DNA from: a virus | Lineage: Duplodnaviria > Caudoviricetes | Reading direction: 5' to 3' (one strand) | DNA length: 64,000 nucleotides | IMG/VR virus record: IMGVR_UViG_3300015608_004971 | Shown here: piece by piece, positions 18,931-27,875 of the stretch | Position numbering within the stretch: position 1 is the first letter of the stretch | How the letters are laid out: every line of letters starts with the position of its first letter | Translations under genes and position numbers: made by a program | The notes under the pieces: model-generated | Database searches by the model: none | The model's input: only the letters and a program-made list of their open reading frames with translations | What the model was told of the DNA's origin: nothing

Positions 18931-20756
18931 TGGAAAAAACATTTCAAAAATATGGAAACAGTTTTCAAGACAAACTTGTTACATTAATGCTTCGAGAGGC
19001 AGCATTTTGTGATCAAATGAGAGAAGTATTAGACTTAAGTCTCTTAACAAAAGTATCACATAAATTATTATTACAATTAATGTATGAATATAAGGATGTA
19101 TATAGAATCTATCCTGCATATGATACAATGGTAACATTAATTTCAACACAACTTGATACACAAGATGATAACATCAAAAGAGAGGTTGCAACCTTTTATT
19201 CAAAAGTAATAAAGCATGAAACTATTCATGACGAAGAATACGTAAAATCAGAATCTTTACAATTTTGCAAAACTTTAAAACTTGAAGAAGCAATTATTGA
19301 AGCAGCAAAGATGGTAAAATCTGGCTCAAGATTTGAGGATCTGATAAAAGTATTGTCAGAAGCCGGAAGACTTGGTTCTGACAATAATTACGGCTATAAC
19401 TATAAAGATGATTTTGAAGATCGATTTAAATATATTCAAAGAAACTATATTTCAACTGGATGGTCAAGACTTGATAATATCACAAGAGGTGGACTCGGAA
19501 AGAAAGAGCTATCTGTTATTGTAGCAAGTTCAGGATGTCATGCAAAAGATACAGACATTTTAATGTTTGATGGTACATGGAAAAAAGTCCAAGATGTCGT
19601 TATTGGTGACAAATTAATGGGCCCTAATTCAAAGGAGAGAAATGTTTTGTGCCTTCATAGAGGCAGAGAACAAATGGCAAAAATTATTCCGAATAGCAAT
19701 AATGATAAGCCATTTATTGTTAATATGAGTCATATTTTGTCTGTCTTAGACTATAAAACACTTAAAAAAGAAAATATCTCTGTGAGAGATTATCTATCTC
19801 AAGAAGAAAAAAAGTTATTATATAAATTTATCAATAAAAAAGATTACGGAAACCTTCCTTTTAAGCAATATTTTTATGATTTCGCTGTTAAGCTCTTAGA
19901 TGAGGATGATTATTTTGGCTTTGAAGTTGATGGTGACAATCTTTATGTAATGGAAGACTATTGGGTTACACATAATAGTGGCAAATCAATGGTTCTTGTT
20001 CATTTAGGTGCAGCAGCCCTTCGTGAGGGAAAAAATGTAGTCTATTATACATTAGAGCTCGCAGAAACAAGCATTGCGAGTCGTTTCGATGCCTGCTTGA
20101 CAGGAATTAAAATGGATGATATGCTAGAAAACAAGGACAAGATCTATGACAATATTAAAAATGTCAAAGGATCTTTAATTATTAAAGAATATCCAACAAA
20201 AACTGCCTCAATTATGACACTGAGAAATCATCTAGAAAGATTAAAAGCATCAGGCTTTAAAACAGATTTAGTTCTCGTCGACTATGCCGATCTTCTTTCA
20301 ACAAAATCATCAACAGGACAAAAATGGAGCGATCTTGAAGGTCTTTATGAAGATTTGAGAGCAACAGCACAACTTTTTGATGTGTCAATTGTAACAGCAT
20401 CACAAACAAATAGATCTGCCTTGAATCAAGAAGTAGTAACACTTGAATCAATTTCAGATGCATTTAGTAAATGCTTTGTTGCGGATCTAATTATTACACT
20501 TTCAAGAACACCAGATGATAAGATGAAAAATTCAGGACGATTTTTTATAGCAAAGAATAGAAATGGAACAGATGGTGTTGTATTTCCAATCGAAATGGAT
20601 ACTTCTAATGTTCAAATAGAAATCTTAGAAAGTGAGCTTGAATCGGTTGAAGATATAAGAAAGGCATCCGAAAAGAAAGCAGTTGTATCATTGAAGCAAA
20701 AATATAATCAAGTTAAAAATGATCTTGCAAAAGATGATTCAAACCAATCAGAATAA
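18930..20756 (+). CDS. dnaB: Replicative DnaB/gp41-like helicase with intein
   Basis: 'STGWSRLD', Walker A 'ASSG|SGKS' split by intein, 'YYTLEL', 'VDYADL', 'TASQTNR', 'AKNRNG'. Confidence 0.92.
   Translation: MEKTFQKYGNSFQDKLVTLMLREAAFCDQMREVLDLSLLTKVSHKLLLQLMYEYKDVYRIYPAYDTMVTLISTQLDTQDDNIKREVATFYSKVIKHETIHDEEYVKSESLQFCKTLKLEEAIIEAAKMVKSGSRFEDLIKVLSEAGRLGSDNNYGYNYKDDFEDRFKYIQRNYISTGWSRLDNITRGGLGKKELSVIVASSGCHAKDTDILMFDGTWKKVQDVVIGDKLMGPNSKERNVLCLHRGREQMAKIIPNSNNDKPFIVNMSHILSVLDYKTLKKENISVRDYLSQEEKKLLYKFINKKDYGNLPFKQYFYDFAVKLLDEDDYFGFEVDGDNLYVMEDYWVTHNSGKSMVLVHLGAAALREGKNVVYYTLELAETSIASRFDACLTGIKMDDMLENKDKIYDNIKNVKGSLIIKEYPTKTASIMTLRNHLERLKASGFKTDLVLVDYADLLSTKSSTGQKWSDLEGLYEDLRATAQLFDVSIVTASQTNRSALNQEVVTLESISDAFSKCFVADLIITLSRTPDDKMKNSGRFFIAKNRNGTDGVVFPIEMDTSNVQIEILESELESVEDIRKASEKKAVVSLKQKYNQVKNDLAKDDSNQSE
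19536..19976 (+). mobile_element. Mini-intein (147 aa) in the DnaB P-loop
   Basis: Starts 'CHAKDTDILMFDG', ends 'YWVTHN' followed by Ser; too short for a homing endonuclease. Confidence 0.92.
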
Positions 20757-20779
20757 TTTAAATAAAGAGGAAAAATAAA

Positions 20780-23032
20780 ATGGATATTTCAAGAAAAATT
20801 TTATCTGATATTACACATCATATGAAGTATGCAAAATTTAGACCGAGCGACTTCAGGAGAGAAACATTTGAGGAAACTGTTGATCGAAATGTGGCGATGC
20901 ATTTGAAGAAATATCCTCATCTTGAGCAAGAGATTAGAGACGCATATAAATTTGTTTATGAAAGAAAAGTTCTTCCCTCTATGAGATCAATGCAATTTGC
21001 AGGAAAAGCAATAGAAGTGTGTCCATCAAGACAGTACAATTGTAGTTATCTTGCTGTAGATAATGTTCATTCATTTAGTGAAATTATGTTCCTATTATTG
21101 GGAGGAACAGGTGTGGGTTTCTCAGTACAAAGTCATCATATTGAAAATTTACCAGAAATCCGCAAACCAAATACAAAAAGAACAAGAAGATATCTAATTG
21201 GTGATTCAATTGAGGGATGGGCAGATTCTATCAAAGCTTTAATGAAAAGTTATTTTGACGGAAGTTCAAAGATAATTTTTGATTTTACTGATATTAGACC
21301 AAAGGGGGCACTTCTTATAACTGCTGGCGGTAAAGCGCCTGGTCCGCAACCACTTAAAGAATGTTTAATGAAAATTGAGGGACTTCTTGATACAAAAGAA
21401 AATGGAGATAAACTAACTTCAATCGAAGTTCATGATATAGTTTGCTATATAGCCGATGCTGTACTGGCAGGTGGAATTAGAAGAAGTGCGTTGATTTCTT
21501 TGTTCGATGCAGACGATCAAGAAATGATTTCTGCAAAAACAGGAAATTGGTGGGAAACGAATCCGCAAAGAGGCAGAGCAAATAACTCTGCTGTCGTTTT
21601 AAGACACAAAGTTACAAAAGATTTTTTTATGCAACTTTGGGAAAGAGTAAAGCAGTCTGGTTCTGGTGAGCCTGGTATTTTTTTGACAAACGATAGAGAC
21701 GTTGGAACTAACCCTTGTAAGCCGCTAAGATCAACAATCTTAACAAAAGAAGGTTATATCACTTTTGCTCAAGCACTAGAAAAAGATCATCTTGAGGTTA
21801 TGGGAATTGATGGCAAATGGAAAAAAGCCTCAAAACCATTCAAAACAGGAACTGACAGGACAATAACACGCTTTACTCTTTCAAATGGTCATTTTCTCTA
21901 TGGAACACCAAATCATAGACATTTAGACAATAATGGAATATGGCGAGAAATGAAAGATATGAATGTTTATGATCTTTTAAGATCACAGGATAGAAAAAAT
22001 CCATTAGAAATTGTAGAAATAGTTGAAGATTTTTCAATAGAAGATGTTTATGATATTACTGTTTATGATGAAAGTCACGCATTTTATGATACTGGCGTTG
22101 TAACACATAACTGTGCTGAAATTTCTTTAAAAAATTGTGGTTTTTGTAATTTAACTGAAGTTAATGTAAGCGATCTTGAATCCCAAGAAGATTACGAGAA
22201 TAGAGTTCGTTCTGCCGCATTCATAGGAACACTTCAGGCGTCTTATACAGATTTTCATTATCTTCGTGATATTTGGAAAAGAAATGCAGAAAAGGAAGCA
22301 CTTCTTGGCGTATCTATGACTGGAATTGCATCAAACTTGATCTTCAATATGGATATCGAAAAAGCAGCAAAAGTAGCAGTACAAGAGAATAAAAGAGTAG
22401 CAAAACTGCTAGGAATAAACCCAGCAAGAAGAGTTACCACAACAAAGCCATCAGGTACATCATCATTAATATTGGGAACATCAAGCGGAATTCATGCATG
22501 GCATAGTGAATATTATATTAGACGTATTCGTGTTGGAAAAAATGAGGCAATATATCCATATCTCAAAACAAATCACCCAGAATTAGTTGAAGATGAATAT
22601 TTTAGACCACATGATACAGCAGTAATTTCTGTACCACAAAAAGCGCCAGATGGATCACTATTGCGTTCTGAATCACCAATTAATTTTCTTGAGAGAGTTA
22701 AAGCTGTCCATGATAAATGGATTAAACCAGGTCACATTAAAGGTGAAAATACACACAATGTTTCTGCAACAATTTCAATAAAAGATAATGAATGGGATGA
22801 TGTTGGCGAATGGATGTGGCAAAATAGAGATAGCTATACAGGATTGAGCGTGCTTCCTTTTTCAGAGCATTCATATGTGCAAGCGCCTTTTGAAGAGTGC
22901 TCAAAAGAGGAATATGAACGACTGTTAAGCTCACTACAAAATGTAGATTTATCTCAAATTTTTGAGACAGAAGATGACACAGATTTACAAGGCGAACTAG
23001 CATGTGTTTCTGGCAATTGTGAAATTAAATAA
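20780..23032 (+). CDS. nrdJ: Class II (B12-dependent) ribonucleotide reductase with intein
   Basis: 'YNCS', 'GTGVGFSV', 'GGIRRSA', 'TNP|CAEI', 'FCNLTE', 'KPSGTSS', C-terminal 'ACVSGNC'; no small subunit nearby. Confidence 0.88.
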   Translation: MDISRKILSDITHHMKYAKFRPSDFRRETFEETVDRNVAMHLKKYPHLEQEIRDAYKFVYERKVLPSMRSMQFAGKAIEVCPSRQYNCSYLAVDNVHSFSEIMFLLLGGTGVGFSVQSHHIENLPEIRKPNTKRTRRYLIGDSIEGWADSIKALMKSYFDGSSKIIFDFTDIRPKGALLITAGGKAPGPQPLKECLMKIEGLLDTKENGDKLTSIEVHDIVCYIADAVLAGGIRRSALISLFDADDQEMISAKTGNWWETNPQRGRANNSAVVLRHKVTKDFFMQLWERVKQSGSGEPGIFLTNDRDVGTNPCKPLRSTILTKEGYITFAQALEKDHLEVMGIDGKWKKASKPFKTGTDRTITRFTLSNGHFLYGTPNHRHLDNNGIWREMKDMNVYDLLRSQDRKNPLEIVEIVEDFSIEDVYDITVYDESHAFYDTGVVTHNCAEISLKNCGFCNLTEVNVSDLESQEDYENRVRSAAFIGTLQASYTDFHYLRDIWKRNAEKEALLGVSMTGIASNLIFNMDIEKAAKVAVQENKRVAKLLGINPARRVTTTKPSGTSSLILGTSSGIHAWHSEYYIRRIRVGKNEAIYPYLKTNHPELVEDEYFRPHDTAVISVPQKAPDGSLLRSESPINFLERVKAVHDKWIKPGHIKGENTHNVSATISIKDNEWDDVGEWMWQNRDSYTGLSVLPFSEHSYVQAPFEECSKEEYERLLSSLQNVDLSQIFETEDDTDLQGELACVSGNCEIK
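21716..22111 (+). mobile_element. Mini-intein (132 aa) at the RNR catalytic NPC.E motif
   Basis: Starts 'CKPLRSTILT', block B-like 'GTPNHRHL', ends 'VVTHN' followed by Cys. Confidence 0.92.
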
Positions 23033-23043
23033 AAGGATGTTCT

Positions 23044-23316
23044 ATGGAATTAAAAACTATAAATGGCTATCTTCTTGTCGAAGAAAGCAATAATGATGAT
23101 GATGAAAAAGTCTTAAAAGATCCAATTTTTCAATTAAAAAAGAAAGGTATGTCTGGAAAAGAATTTGTAACAGTTATAGTTACATCTGAAACAGATAATG
23201 ATAAAGGAATTTATAAAAACGATAAACTTCTTGTAGAGTCTCATTTATTGAGAAAATTTGATGAAAAAACATATGTTGTTCCAATGAATGCTGTTATAGC
23301 AATTTTTAATAGGTAA
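23044..23316 (+). CDS. GroES-like co-chaperonin (divergent)
   Basis: 90 aa, 'LKTINGYLLVE...YVVPMNAVIA' follows the GroES pattern; GroEL encoded at 36555. Confidence 0.45.
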   Translation: MELKTINGYLLVEESNNDDDEKVLKDPIFQLKKKGMSGKEFVTVIVTSETDNDKGIYKNDKLLVESHLLRKFDEKTYVVPMNAVIAIFNR

Positions 23317-23319
23317 AAA

Positions 23320-23856
23320 ATGAATATTTTTGCTTTAGAATATATAAACGATAACGATATTGACAAAGAGATTGATTGGATAAAATCTGCTCAATCTCTT
23401 GATAATATGAGAGTTGTAAAAATGATTTTGGAGTCATGTCAACTTCTTTCAACGGCACTTTTTATAAACAATATAAATGGTGCAATTTATAAGCCAACTC
23501 ATATTAATCATCCATCGACAAAATGGACAGCAGAATCATCTGCAAATTTTTTAAATTTGGTAAAACATACAAAGGCGATGCTGGATGAATATTATTTAAG
23601 GTTTAATAAAAATCATAAATGTAATAAAATTTTAGAAGAAAACATATTACCACTATTTGAAAAAAATATTGATAAATTTCCACAAGCATTAGAAACACCA
23701 TTAAAAATGGCTATGCCGTTGGAATATCAAGTTCCTAATGATCCTGTTCTTTCTTATAGAAACTATTACATAACAAAAGAAAAAATGAGATACCCAAAAG
23801 GAAAAGAACCTATTTGGTTTCTTAAGAATAGAAAAATACCTTATAAGGCAATTTAA
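23320..23856 (+). CDS. Pyrimidine-dimer DNA glycosylase-like protein
   Basis: 'MNIFAL', 'KMILESCQLLSTA', 'YKPTHINHP..KW', 'AMP', 'YRNYY..K'. Confidence 0.75.
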   Translation: MNIFALEYINDNDIDKEIDWIKSAQSLDNMRVVKMILESCQLLSTALFINNINGAIYKPTHINHPSTKWTAESSANFLNLVKHTKAMLDEYYLRFNKNHKCNKILEENILPLFEKNIDKFPQALETPLKMAMPLEYQVPNDPVLSYRNYYITKEKMRYPKGKEPIWFLKNRKIPYKAI

Positions 23857-23857
23857 C

Positions 23858-24574
23858 ATGAAATATATGGGTAGCAAAAATAAGATAGCAAAGCAATTAG
23901 CCTCTATAATTGAAAAAGATAAAAATAATGATGAACAATTTTATATTGAGCCATTTGTTGGTGGTGCAAATTTAATTGATAAAATTAATTTTAAAAATAA
24001 AATAGGATATGATATTCATGAATATTTAATTGCTTTGCTATCTGCTATCCGTGATGATTGGGAGCCACCAAAAAATATATCTAAACAAGAATATTATGAT
24101 ATAAAAGAAAATATAAATAATTATGATAAGCATCTTGTTGGATTTGTTGGTTTTCTTTGTAGCTTTGGTGGTAAATGGTGGGGCGGTTATGCTTTTGATA
24201 AAAAAAACAATAGAAATTATGCACTTGAAGCAAAAACAAATTTAAAAAAACAAGCACCAAATTTAAAAAATATTTTATTTGAATGCTCTGATTATGCATC
24301 AATTAAAGTTCCACCAAATTCAATAATCTATTGTGATCCTCCATATAAAGATACAACAGAATATAGAAATAAATTTGATCATGAAAAATTTTATGATTGG
24401 TGTAGAGAAAAACGGAATGAAGGCCATACTATATTTTTAAGTGAGTATCGGGCGCCTAGTGATTTTAAAGAAGTTTTAGAAATTAAAGCAAAGACATCTT
24501 TATGTAAAAATGTAAGACCAAATAGAATAGAGAAGCTATTTAAGTTATCAATAGAGGATAATGATTTAAAATGA
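23858..24574 (+). CDS. DNA N6-adenine methyltransferase (Dam/D12 class)
   Basis: 'YMGSK', 'EPFVGGAN', 'YCDPPY', 'LSEY'. Confidence 0.9.
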   Translation: MKYMGSKNKIAKQLASIIEKDKNNDEQFYIEPFVGGANLIDKINFKNKIGYDIHEYLIALLSAIRDDWEPPKNISKQEYYDIKENINNYDKHLVGFVGFLCSFGGKWWGGYAFDKKNNRNYALEAKTNLKKQAPNLKNILFECSDYASIKVPPNSIIYCDPPYKDTTEYRNKFDHEKFYDWCREKRNEGHTIFLSEYRAPSDFKEVLEIKAKTSLCKNVRPNRIEKLFKLSIEDNDLK

Positions 24575-24954
24575 AAGATAAACTTAAAGGCGGCATAGCA
24601 GATAATATACCTGATACAAAATTCAATAAAATAGAACTTAAAAAAGGCCAAGAGCACGAAAAAGAACATACAACTGATAAGTCTATTGCAAAAGAAATTG
24701 CAAAAGATCATATAACAGAAGATCCACAATATTATGAAAAAATTGATCAAATTGAAGGTTCTAGTGAGTCCAAGAAAAAAGATGCCCTTGACAGAGCCAA
24801 CAAAGTAGGCTACAATCAGCAAGGCCAGCAACACGCAGGCACAGTCGAGCACAAGCCAATCAAGATCAAGCTTATAAAGAAAATAGATGAATCATCTTTT
24901 ATGGCTTCTGGTGCTGTGTCATTCGCTCCAACTTTTAATGAAAAAGAGGATTAA
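24571..24954 (+). CDS. DUF5661-like phage protein
   Basis: 'LKGGIAD...ELKKG.EHEKEHT...AKEIAKDH..EDP.YY'. Confidence 0.65.
   Translation: MKDKLKGGIADNIPDTKFNKIELKKGQEHEKEHTTDKSIAKEIAKDHITEDPQYYEKIDQIEGSSESKKKDALDRANKVGYNQQGQQHAGTVEHKPIKIKLIKKIDESSFMASGAVSFAPTFNEKED
24788..24816 (+). promoter_or_regulatory. Sigma70-type promoter TTGACA-N17-TACAAT inside a CDS, upstream of thyX
   Basis: Perfect -35, 17 nt spacer; upstream context nearly identical to the promoter at 36457. Confidence 0.65.
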
Positions 24955-25655
24955 TGAAAGTAAATTTAATTGCTTACACACAACCTGCCGGAATTTTGAC
25001 CGAATCAGAAATAAAAACACCGACAGATTTAATAGCATATTGTGCACGAGTTTCGAATCCATCAAATCAAATGAACTCTGCTACATCTGAAAAATTAATT
25101 AAATATCTTATAAAAAATAAACATTGGTCACCATTAGAGCAAGTAGATATAACGTTAGAGATCGAAACAACTCGCGATATCGCTCGACAAATGATTCGAC
25201 ATGGTTCAATAAGACCACAAGAATTTAGTCAAAGATATCAAAATGTATCGGCATTGGATCAAGAAATGTTTGAATGGTCAGAATGTCGCATGCAAGATAC
25301 AAAAAATAGACAGAATAGTCTTCCAGCCGCGGATAAAGATATCCAAAAATGGTGGGATTTTGAACAAAAAAATGTTGCAAGATATGCTGAAAAAATTTAT
25401 AAAGAGGCCCTTAAAAAAGGTATTGCTAAAGAAGTGGCCAGAAAGCTCCTTCCAGAAGGATTAACTAAATCCAAACTTTATATGAAAGGTTCGATCAGAT
25501 CCTGGATTCATTACCTTCAGGTCAGAGGCGAAGGAACTGGCACACAAAAAGAACATATGATTGTGGCAGATGAAATTGCTAAAGTTATTTCAAAAATCTT
25601 TCCAATGATTAATGAATTAAAGAAGGATGATAATGAAGAAAGAGGCCATAAATAA
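24954..25655 (+). CDS. thyX: FAD-dependent thymidylate synthase
   Basis: 'AYCARVS', 'HWSPLE', 'RDIARQMIRH', 'QEFSQRY', 'KEVARKLLP', 'QKEH'. Confidence 0.92.
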   Translation: MKVNLIAYTQPAGILTESEIKTPTDLIAYCARVSNPSNQMNSATSEKLIKYLIKNKHWSPLEQVDITLEIETTRDIARQMIRHGSIRPQEFSQRYQNVSALDQEMFEWSECRMQDTKNRQNSLPAADKDIQKWWDFEQKNVARYAEKIYKEALKKGIAKEVARKLLPEGLTKSKLYMKGSIRSWIHYLQVRGEGTGTQKEHMIVADEIAKVISKIFPMINELKKDDNEERGHK

Positions 25656-26352
25656 TGACAATATATCCATTTTAAAGACGAGCCAATATCCAGCAATTCT
25701 ACAAGATTCAATAGTAATAGGAAATTCAAATCAAGCTTTAGAATTTGCTTATAAAACTTGTTCATTTTTAATTTGCACAACACCAAATCATTTTACAAAT
25801 ACAGAAATATTATATAAACAATTTTTAAGAGGATTAGTTTTTCAATATTCTTTAGAAATTTTAAATGCAAATATTGTTGAGGATACAATCTTTTTAAGAA
25901 CGCAATCTTTTGATTTAGCTTATTCATTTAATAAATTATATATTCTTGAAAAAATTAATTTGTTTGATTCGATTAATTTCTTTTATGAAAAAGAAAATAA
26001 TATTATTTTTGATGTTTTAGATCATTTTAAAGCGAATCAATTTTTAAAATCTAACTTAGATGAAAAACATTTCATTAGTAATGACGAAGGAATTCAAAGC
26101 ATTGAAATATCTAAAAGAGATATTTTTGTGAAATCAAAGATTTCTTTTTCAAAAATTAATGATTATGATATGTCATATAGACAAGTTCATCTTTTGACAT
26201 CTTCTTTTTTAAGGAACAAACAATATAATTTATATAGACATAATGATGTTATAAAAAAATTAGAAAAAAGAATAATAGAGTGGGAAGACAAAAAACATTC
26301 TTATGCAATTAATAATAACAAAATAATTTTTATAAATCTAAAAAATGGATAA
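25627..26352 (+). CDS. Hypothetical protein
   Basis: 241 aa ORF in operon. Confidence 0.5.
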   Translation: MIMKKEAINNDNISILKTSQYPAILQDSIVIGNSNQALEFAYKTCSFLICTTPNHFTNTEILYKQFLRGLVFQYSLEILNANIVEDTIFLRTQSFDLAYSFNKLYILEKINLFDSINFFYEKENNIIFDVLDHFKANQFLKSNLDEKHFISNDEGIQSIEISKRDIFVKSKISFSKINDYDMSYRQVHLLTSSFLRNKQYNLYRHNDVIKKLEKRIIEWEDKKHSYAINNNKIIFINLKNG

Positions 26353-27403
26353 TCTTATGACAGACCAAGGAAAAAAGACAAAGAATAAGAAAATTCAGCG
26401 CGTTTCAATGAAAAAAAAGCTCTGTGTAGCCGGTGTCATTGACATGTATGATATGCCTGATTTTACCGATCTTAGAACATTGGCAAACTTACCAACAAAT
26501 AAAGATCAAAGCTTATTTGAGAACGCATGTCTTCAGGCCATACATGCTGGCGCGACATATCTTTTTGTTATGTGTCCAAAAGAACATATAAACTATTTTA
26601 AAGAAAAATATAAAACATATGTCTATCTTCAAAAAAGAGGAACAAAAAGTGCAAAAGTTGGATTTCCAATTTATTGGTTTTGCAGGATAGAAAATTTATT
26701 TGAAAACAAAAAAGGAAGTCAAAAAACAAAAACACTTTTATCGGCCTATAAACAAATAAACTCATACTTTAAAACAATATCAAGATTGTATGTTCCGGAC
26801 TTCTTTATTTATATGCCATTAAATTGTTTATATGATGTTAGATTTGTTATTCAAAGATTTTATGCTTATAAGAAATTTGTTAATGGCCTAAAGATTTCTG
26901 CTTTAAACCCTAAAGATCCTGATAATTACATGTTTGTTATCAAAACAGAAACAATAAAAAAAGCTATAACATTTTTCTTTCGTTCATCTAATGCAATTGT
27001 ATCTTTTAAGAATTTTTTTAATAATAACTTTGAATGTGTATATAAGTTTTATTTAGGATGGAGTTATGTTATTAATTCTTTTTCTGACTATAGAGAATAT
27101 GTTATTAGTGATTTTTCAAATCATTATACATGTAAATTAACATTTGTTGAAGATTATAAACATATGTGGATTTATAAAGATAAAAAGAGTTCTCTTTTTT
27201 CATTTAGAAGTATTTGGAAGAGAGATAATTTCTTTAAATCCGTCCATATTGGGTTAAAACCTGGAATATACCAAAATGAGCATGAAAAGAAAGTATTTTC
27301 TTATGAACAAGAAACAGAGCAAAAATTTGAAGAATTTGATAAAATTGCACAATCAGAAGTAGATGAAATTAAAGAATCTTTTAAGGAAAAATATGAAAAA
27401 TAA
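26345..27403 (+). CDS. Hypothetical protein, weak nucleotidyltransferase-like N-terminus
   Basis: 'AGVI...LP....FENAC.QA..AG..Y.FV.C' loosely resembles the sugar-nucleotidyltransferase fold. Confidence 0.3.
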   Translation: MDNLMTDQGKKTKNKKIQRVSMKKKLCVAGVIDMYDMPDFTDLRTLANLPTNKDQSLFENACLQAIHAGATYLFVMCPKEHINYFKEKYKTYVYLQKRGTKSAKVGFPIYWFCRIENLFENKKGSQKTKTLLSAYKQINSYFKTISRLYVPDFFIYMPLNCLYDVRFVIQRFYAYKKFVNGLKISALNPKDPDNYMFVIKTETIKKAITFFFRSSNAIVSFKNFFNNNFECVYKFYLGWSYVINSFSDYREYVISDFSNHYTCKLTFVEDYKHMWIYKDKKSSLFSFRSIWKRDNFFKSVHIGLKPGIYQNEHEKKVFSYEQETEQKFEEFDKIAQSEVDEIKESFKEKYEK

Positions 27404-27875
27404 AAATAAAATTCTAAATCTAGATGATTATAAAAAAGAATTTCCAAAAATAATATTTTTAAGATATCAAGATACAATATATTTTGATGAACTTCTAAAA
27501 AGTAGCTATTCTTTTGCCGATTTATTAGAAAAATCAAATAAAATTTTAAATGAAATAAATATAAAATTTCCAAATATAAAAAATGAAGATATTATTTTTA
27601 ATTTTGTTCAATGTTATGATCATAATGATGATATATCTGGTGTAAAAAGCCTAAATATCTCAGTCAAAGATGAAGAGACTGATGAAGAATACGAAGAGAG
27701 GGTAAAAACACAGTTTAAATATTATTTAAAAGATAAAGAAAGAGAACAAAAAGAAAAAGAACGTAAAAAGCAAGATAAAATAAAAATTGAAGAGCTAGAG
27801 TGGGAAACTTATTTAAAACTTAAAAGTAAATTCTCTAATAAAGAAAAAAAGGATATAGATGATGTTTCAAAATAA
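27393..27875 (+). CDS. Hypothetical protein, charged C-terminal helix
   Basis: AAGGA RBS before ATG 27393; 'ETDEEYEER'. Confidence 0.5.
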   Translation: MKNKNKILNLDDYKKEFPKIIFLRYQDTIYFDELLKSSYSFADLLEKSNKILNEINIKFPNIKNEDIIFNFVQCYDHNDDISGVKSLNISVKDEETDEEYEERVKTQFKYYLKDKEREQKEKERKKQDKIKIEELEWETYLKLKSKFSNKEKKDIDDVSK

